Shown here: one piece after another, positions 58,529-64,000 of the stretch
Position numbering within the stretch: position 1 is the first letter of the stretch
Layout of the letters: every line of letters starts with the position of its first letter
Assembly: GCA_963714085.1 (NCBI GenBank)
Contig: OY970229.1
Coordinates: 32,001-96,000 of the forward strand
Direction: 5' to 3'
DNA length: 64,000 nt
Source of the DNA: an uncultured Candidatus Micrarchaeota archaeon
Lineage (GTDB): Archaea; Micrarchaeota; Micrarchaeia; Anstonellales; Bilamarchaeaceae
The notes under the pieces: generated by a model
Seen by the model: the letters and a program-made list of their open reading frames with translations, nothing else
Database searches by the model: none
Told to the model about the DNA's origin: nothing
Made by a program: the position numbers and the translations under genes

Positions 58529-60222
58529 CAGGCCACCACCAGCTTCTTGGTTATCGAGTACATCTGGTAGAGCCAGTCGTACACCCATGTCACGTACCTG
58601 TTCCTGTTGAGGGTGTCCACGTTGTTCACCCAGCCCGGGTCCTGGCAGGTCTCGTTCGCCACGAACAGCGGCTGGTCGTAGGACAGGGTGCCGTTGTAGG
58701 CCAGCAGGAGCTGGCTGCCGTTGGCGTAGGCGTCCACCGTGATGGAGTAGTTGCCCACGTAGTTGCTCACGTTCTCCGCAGAATACACCGTGTAGAGCAG
58801 GTTGCACGTGGGGATGAGCGTCATCATGGCGTAGCCGGTTCCGTTACCGACCATCTGGCCCACGTTCTTGCTTATCAGGCCGCGCTGGGTCGCGCCGTCG
58901 CTCCACACCTGCGTCGGGCTGAACGGGTTGAGGCCGTTGGTCTCGGTGATGACGAAGGTGGGGTTCGAGACCGTGTTGTTGCTCGGATCCGTGAGCCAGA
59001 TGCTCACGTTGTAGGGCACGCCCCATTGCGGGAAGGAGTACGTCTGGTTGTTGTTTATCGCCACGTGCACGACGTAGTACGGGCTCACCACCACCGTGGC
59101 GAGCGCGGTCTTGGTGCTCGCGTCGCATTCGGCCAGGGCATGCGTCGGGTCGGACGTCCCTGTGAAGGTGTATGTGCCGCTCTGCACGCCGTCGGTCGCG
59201 TTCCACATGTAGGTGAGGTTCACCGACTGGCCTGGCGCCAGGCCGCTGGTGACGGACCAGAGATAGCCTTGCGAATAGCCTGCCGGCCCGGTGATGTTCA
59301 GGGTCACCGGGAACGCGGAGGTCACGTTCACGTTGCCGTTGTTCGTTATCGTTATGGTCACATTGGAGCTGCTGCCGTAATACATCCCCGTTGGCGAGGC
59401 GATCATGGATATGAGGAGGTTGGCCCCCAGGCACATGCCGTAGCCGAGGCCGTCCACCACGGTGTAGCGCGTGTATACGTGCTGGTCGTCTATGGGGATC
59501 GCCCCTATGCCGAGCTGCACCGGGAGCTGGCTGCTGTCGTTCACCTTCACCGCGGCCGTGCAGTTGTCTCCGTAGTCGTCCGTGCAGAGCCCGATGACCA
59601 TGCTCCTGCCCGTGGTGGAGCTCAGACCCCAGCTCGCATCGGACGGAGGCTTGGAGAACGAGCCTATCTCACTATCGAAGGTTATGGAGTTCACCGTGGA
59701 TGTCACGTTCCTGGTGCCCTGGTTGAACGTGCTGGTGACTCCGTACGAGCCGAGGAGCGTGCCGCCGGTCACGTCGACGAATGCCGGGCTGGCGCCGTTC
59801 GGGCTGCTGGATACCAGGAGGTGGATCCTCCCGGGGAACGCGGATACGAAGACGTTCGGGGTCCTGGACGAGTCCTTGAACTGGGAGAACGCGAAAGCGT
59901 CTATCGGGGTCTGGTAGCACGTCGCATTGTACGCGTTGGAGGTGTATACCAGCGAGGCGCTCGAGCCGGTGGTGAGGTTCAGGCTCTCCACCATGTAGGT
60001 GTAGCTTCCGGTATAGGCGCTGTACGCCGCGCCCACGTAATCAGGGCCCGCGTCGCAGAGCCTGAGCCCGAAGTCAGGGTTGATACTGAACGTGTCGACA
60101 TAGACCTGGTATTCCGTGGATGCGTAGACATCAGAGATCCCGTTGGTGCTGTTGATGATCTGCCCGGATTGGGAGAAGACGAACCCAGCCATCAGCAAAA
60201 CGAATAATGCCAGTTTTCTCAT
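58528..60222 (-). CDS. Secreted protein with CARDB/Ig-like domain
   Basis: Signal MRKLALFVLLMAGFVFS; ITNNGNVNV..GLAPGQSVNLTYMWN..DPTHALAECD. Confidence 0.85.
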   Translation of the reverse strand: MRKLALFVLLMAGFVFSQSGQIINSTNGISDVYASTEYQVYVDTFSINPDFGLRLCDAGPDYVGAAYSAYTGSYTYMVESLNLTTGSSASLVYTSNAYNATCYQTPIDAFAFSQFKDSSRTPNVFVSAFPGRIHLLVSSSPNGASPAFVDVTGGTLLGSYGVTSTFNQGTRNVTSTVNSITFDSEIGSFSKPPSDASWGLSSTTGRSMVIGLCTDDYGDNCTAAVKVNDSSQLPVQLGIGAIPIDDQHVYTRYTVVDGLGYGMCLGANLLISMIASPTGMYYGSSSNVTITITNNGNVNVTSAFPVTLNITGPAGYSQGYLWSVTSGLAPGQSVNLTYMWNATDGVQSGTYTFTGTSDPTHALAECDASTKTALATVVVSPYYVVHVAINNNQTYSFPQWGVPYNVSIWLTDPSNNTVSNPTFVITETNGLNPFSPTQVWSDGATQRGLISKNVGQMVGNGTGYAMMTLIPTCNLLYTVYSAENVSNYVGNYSITVDAYANGSQLLLAYNGTLSYDQPLFVANETCQDPGWVNNVDTLNRNRYVTWVYDWLYQMYSITKKLVVA

Positions 60223-60224
60223 AG

Positions 60225-63200
60225 TCACACCGTCGACATTGATTTACCTATATTCACCAGCACGGATATTATGTTCTGCATGCCGGAGGATATCTGCGAA
60301 TATGATGCGTCGTCCATCGTCGCCTCGCCTGCGGACGGCGCTCCGAGGGTGCCGTTCACGCTGAAGTTCAGTATCGCGATCGTGGCGTTGCCGTAGGACA
60401 CGTTTATCGAGACCGTGGCCGGATTGTTGTACATGGTCGGTATCACGAGCTGGGTCTCGTTGGTCTGGAAGAGCTTCGAGCTGCCGTAGCTGTCCTTGCC
60501 GGGCTGCTGCGGGACGAACACGACCTGGCCGTTCTGCTCGGTCATCGTGGCGTTCGCAATCACCAGGGATATGGTGTTGTTGTCGTAGACGCTTATGTTG
60601 ATCCTGTTCGGGGCGCCGGACTGGAGCATGGGCAGGGGCAGGTAGGTGCCGTTCGTGTAAAGCGTGACGTCCGCCTCCCTCATCTTCTTGGCGCCTATCC
60701 ACTTGGTCGCCGTGCTCGCGAGCGCGTTCATGTTCTGTATGGAGGCCTTGACCTCGCTCCCGTAGGCGCTGTTCACCAGGGAGCTGCGGTAGGTCGGGAC
60801 GAGCGAGCCGTAGCTGGCGATCGACAGGTTCTGTATGCACAGGTAGCCTGAGCCGTTGGCCTCTATGTAAGGCACGTAGCCGTAGCCGTCGGGTATGTTG
60901 TACCTCGTCGGCGCCGCCGCGAACTCGGCCCCTCCGGAGCTGTTGGTGGTCGCGTAGGCGGCCCCGAAGAACTGCTCGAAGGGGTTGATCACCGGGTAGA
61001 ATATGGCCCTGCCGTTCTCCTCCCCGGCAGAGACGCTCATGCCTGCCAGCGGGGACGATAAGTTGTCGGTGACGACCACGCTCACCGCGTAGGGCACCGC
61101 GCTGTCGGGGAATGTGGTGGTAGTGACGCCGTCCACCTGCACGCTGATGTTGCAGGCCTGGATGAGCGGCGTGGTGTTCTGCAGTATGCCGTAGATGCTC
61201 CCGGGATTGAGGTTCGCGAGGCCGAGCGTGTTGGCGACGTTGTCAGGGGTGTTGTTCAGCAGCGTCCATGTGCCGTTGTACTTCCAGAGGCCGAACCTGG
61301 TCGCGTTGTATCCAATGAGCACTGAGCCGTTCCAGCTCCATACGATGGAATCGATGGAAACCGGTCCGCTGAGCGTTGCGATGTTCACGAACATCTGCGC
61401 GAAGGAGATCGTGTTATATGGAAGGGAGGAGGAGTTGCTGCTCCAGGAGACGGAGTAGAGTTCGCCGCTCGTCACGTTGTCCGCGATGGACAGGTTCGTG
61501 TAGTTCTGGTAGTTGCCCGCTGGGTTGTCGAAGACGATTCCGGAAAGGCCTATTGTGACGTTCGGACCTGACGTATCGGCGACCACGATGTCGGCGCCGT
61601 TGTTGTAGAGGTGCCCTCCGGAAAGGGTGGCATTCGATTCTGATATAAAGATGCCGTAGCCCTGATTGTCATAAGCCACGTCATTGGTGAGCGTGGCGCT
61701 TGTGTAGATGTCAAAACCGTCGGTAGCGCTTCCGAACACGGTGTTGTTGGTCAGCGTGGTGTTCGGGGTCCCGCCACCCACCGTGAAACCGCTTGATGAA
61801 GTGCCGACGGTATTGGCTGTGAGGACGGTGCTGTTGCTCAGAACCAGGTTGAAGCCGCTGTTGGAACCGATTGCCGTATTGTTCGTGAGCGTGGTGTTCG
61901 TGCTCTCGTATATATAGAAAGCCTCCACTTCGTTCGCGGCCGAGTTGCCGGTCAGGACGGTGCCGTTGTCCACATAGATGTGGTATCCGAAGCTGTCGTC
62001 GTGCGCGGTGTTGTTGGCAAGGTACGTGGCGTTGCTGAATAATACGAAAATGCCGTACTCATTGTCGTATACGCTGCTGTTCGAGATAGTGGTGCCGGAA
62101 ACGGCGTCCACGTTGATGCCCGGCCCTGTGTTGGAGTACGCCGTATTGCCGGTGCACGTCACGTTGCTCGCTTCTACCGAGATGCCGGCGATTCCCATGT
62201 TGTTATACGCCGTATTATGATTTATGGCGCTGTTCTGGGACGTGGTGACGATGCCGTCGTTCGAATTGTTGAAGGACGTGCTGTTCGCGATGATGGAATA
62301 TGGGCTTGCGAGGATCGCGATGCCGTTTTCTGAGTTGTTGTATGCGGTGTCGTTGAGGAAGCGGTCGTAGCTGGAGTACCAGTTGGAGATGCCGATGGTG
62401 TAGTTGGAGACCACGCAGTTCTGGACCGTTACGTTGGCAGCCGACCCGTTTATGACAACGCCGTAGGCCACGTCCGCGCTGTCCGTGCCGGTTATACTGT
62501 GGCCGTTGCAGTCGAAGAGGACGTTGGACGCTGCGATCTTCACGCATGAGAAGCCGATGACCGAGGTCCCGACGGCATCATTGGGTGAGCCAGTGTAATC
62601 CGTCGACATCATATAAGCGCCGGGCGCTGATACGACCGGGCAGTTGATCGGGTTCCCCAGCACGGCATAATCGCTCGCCGGGTCTAGGTTCTGGATGCCC
62701 AGGGTGTCCGCGGTGGTGTCCGGGGTGTTGTTGAGCCGCGTCCATGTGCCGTTGTACTTCCATAGGCTGAGGGTGTTTTCGATGTATGCGGCTGATTCCG
62801 CATCGGTCCAGCTCCAAACGATCGAATCGATCGATGTCGAGTCATTTATCGCGGAGATGTTCACGAACGTCTGGGCGAAGGAGGAGTTGCCTGACGGGAG
62901 GGGAGCGGGGCTGCCGGTCCAGTTGATGGAGTATTCCTCACTGACCCAGGTGTCGTTGATGCTCAGGTTGGTGTAGTTCTGCATATTGCCCAGAGGATTG
63001 TCGAAGATGAGGCCGGAGAGGTTCATTGTGTATGGAGAGGCTTCGACCTCCTCCACGCGCAGGTCAGGATTGTTATTGAAGAAATGCATCCCCTGCGCCA
63101 GTGTCTGGTCCGACTCGAATAACAGCAAGCCGGCGTTGGAGCTGTTGGATGCGGTGGTGTTGTAGAAGGAAGTGGCGGTCGCATACTCGAGCGTTATTGA

Positions 63201-64000
63201 ATTGTTGCTCTTGTCGGCACTGACGTTATAGAAACTATTCTGGTTCGCATTATACACGTAGATGCCGTAATTGCTGCTGTTGTCGGCGTTGACGTTGGAT
63301 AGGACGTTGTTGTTCGATGAAGCGAGGTAGATGCTGTAATTGCCGCTGTTGTCGGCACTGACGTTGGATAGGTTGTTGTTCGATGAAGCGAGGTAGACGC
63401 CGTAATTGCTGCTGTTGTCGGCGCTTATGTTATATAAGTTATTCTGGTTCGCTCCGTTCATATAGATGCCGTAATTACCGCTGTTGCCGGCATTATCGTT
63501 GGACAGGTTGTTCTGGTTCGCGCTATACATGTAGATGCCGTACATCCCATTGTTGTTTAGGGAGTTGTTGACGTATGTGCCATTTGCGCTCGATTCTATA
63601 TCGAAGCCGGCATAGTTGTATCGCGAGGATATGTTGCTGATGGCGGCGTTGTTAGTGTAATATACCAGGAAAGCATCGTTGTTGAGGGTGTCGGAGCCGT
63701 TGACCCTGGTGTTCGTGACATTGGAGCCGGTCGCGTTGCAAAGCTCTATCTCTGCGGAGTTCAGGCCGTTCCATGAGACCGGCGCATAGGAGTAGTTGAC
63801 CGGGCGGCCAGCAGAGCCGGTCATGTTGGCGATGGTGTTCGGGCAACCGGCTGCAGAGCCAGGGGACACGAGAAGGTCATAGATGTCGTTTTCCATTACC
63901 GTGTTATTGGATATGGTGTTCTGGCTCGATGAGGCGAGGTAGAAGCCGTACAGCCCATTGCTGTTTGCGGAGTTGTTGGCGTATACGCCGTTTAGGCTTG
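60225..64000 (-). CDS. Large surface protein with NosD/CASH beta-helix repeats, partial (start beyond right edge)
   Basis: Frame stays open from 63896 to the window end; N..YGIYL..SNNN repeats. Confidence 0.88.
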   Translation of the reverse strand, partial: SLNGVYANNSANSNGLYGFYLASSSQNTISNNTVMENDIYDLLVSPGSAAGCPNTIANMTGSAGRPVNYSYAPVSWNGLNSAEIELCNATGSNVTNTRVNGSDTLNNDAFLVYYTNNAAISNISSRYNYAGFDIESSANGTYVNNSLNNNGMYGIYMYSANQNNLSNDNAGNSGNYGIYMNGANQNNLYNISADNSSNYGVYLASSNNNLSNVSADNSGNYSIYLASSNNNVLSNVNADNSSNYGIYVYNANQNSFYNVSADKSNNSITLEYATATSFYNTTASNSSNAGLLLFESDQTLAQGMHFFNNNPDLRVEEVEASPYTMNLSGLIFDNPLGNMQNYTNLSINDTWVSEEYSINWTGSPAPLPSGNSSFAQTFVNISAINDSTSIDSIVWSWTDAESAAYIENTLSLWKYNGTWTRLNNTPDTTADTLGIQNLDPASDYAVLGNPINCPVVSAPGAYMMSTDYTGSPNDAVGTSVIGFSCVKIAASNVLFDCNGHSITGTDSADVAYGVVINGSAANVTVQNCVVSNYTIGISNWYSSYDRFLNDTAYNNSENGIAILASPYSIIANSTSFNNSNDGIVTTSQNSAINHNTAYNNMGIAGISVEASNVTCTGNTAYSNTGPGINVDAVSGTTISNSSVYDNEYGIFVLFSNATYLANNTAHDDSFGYHIYVDNGTVLTGNSAANEVEAFYIYESTNTTLTNNTAIGSNSGFNLVLSNSTVLTANTVGTSSSGFTVGGGTPNTTLTNNTVFGSATDGFDIYTSATLTNDVAYDNQGYGIFISESNATLSGGHLYNNGADIVVADTSGPNVTIGLSGIVFDNPAGNYQNYTNLSIADNVTSGELYSVSWSSNSSSLPYNTISFAQMFVNIATLSGPVSIDSIVWSWNGSVLIGYNATRFGLWKYNGTWTLLNNTPDNVANTLGLANLNPGSIYGILQNTTPLIQACNISVQVDGVTTTTFPDSAVPYAVSVVVTDNLSSPLAGMSVSAGEENGRAIFYPVINPFEQFFGAAYATTNSSGGAEFAAAPTRYNIPDGYGYVPYIEANGSGYLCIQNLSIASYGSLVPTYRSSLVNSAYGSEVKASIQNMNALASTATKWIGAKKMREADVTLYTNGTYLPLPMLQSGAPNRINISVYDNNTISLVIANATMTEQNGQVVFVPQQPGKDSYGSSKLFQTNETQLVIPTMYNNPATVSINVSYGNATIAILNFSVNGTLGAPSAGEATMDDASYSQISSGMQNIISVLVNIGKSMSTV

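Noticed and set aside
1..64000. Many long overlapping or antisense ORFs (e.g. 30723..32003, 48205..50130, 58438..60207)
   Set aside because: Shadow frames of GC-rich genes with clear motifs on the other strand or frame.

Overview
GC-rich archaeal genomic segment. It has archaeal TATA-type promoters, a bipartite LplAB and a degenerate SelB-like factor. A DPANN/Micrarchaeota-like origin is inferred from gene content, not proven. Housekeeping and metabolic genes: rubrerythrin, msrA, beta-CASP RNase, bacterial-type metK, lplAB, bcp, ppsA, a complete 2-oxoacid dehydrogenase operon (pdhA/B/C, lpdA), lipA, a DEAD-box helicase, an RNase Z-like hydrolase, a ketopantoate-reductase-like enzyme and a nitroreductase. 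These are interleaved with accessory genes: a Ser/Thr kinase, ankyrin and HEAT proteins, degenerate archaemetzincin paralogs and two toxin-antitoxin modules. About a third of the window encodes large secreted mosaic surface proteins: two tandem DUF333-papain(C1A)-Ig-beta-helix-DUF2341-LamG paralogs (one split by a 1-nt insertion), and a three-gene surface operon at the right edge whose products share domains pairwise. Most notable: (1) both TA modules (MNT-HEPN and AbiE-like) sit immediately downstream of a lipoate-pathway gene (lpdA, lipA) and are bracketed by a second in-frame copy of that gene's 3' end, with no integrase or transposase in the window; (2) the interlocking-domain surface operon; (3) patchwork DNA identity between the giant proteases. 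No rRNA, tRNA, CRISPR array, reverse transcriptase or transposase was recognised.
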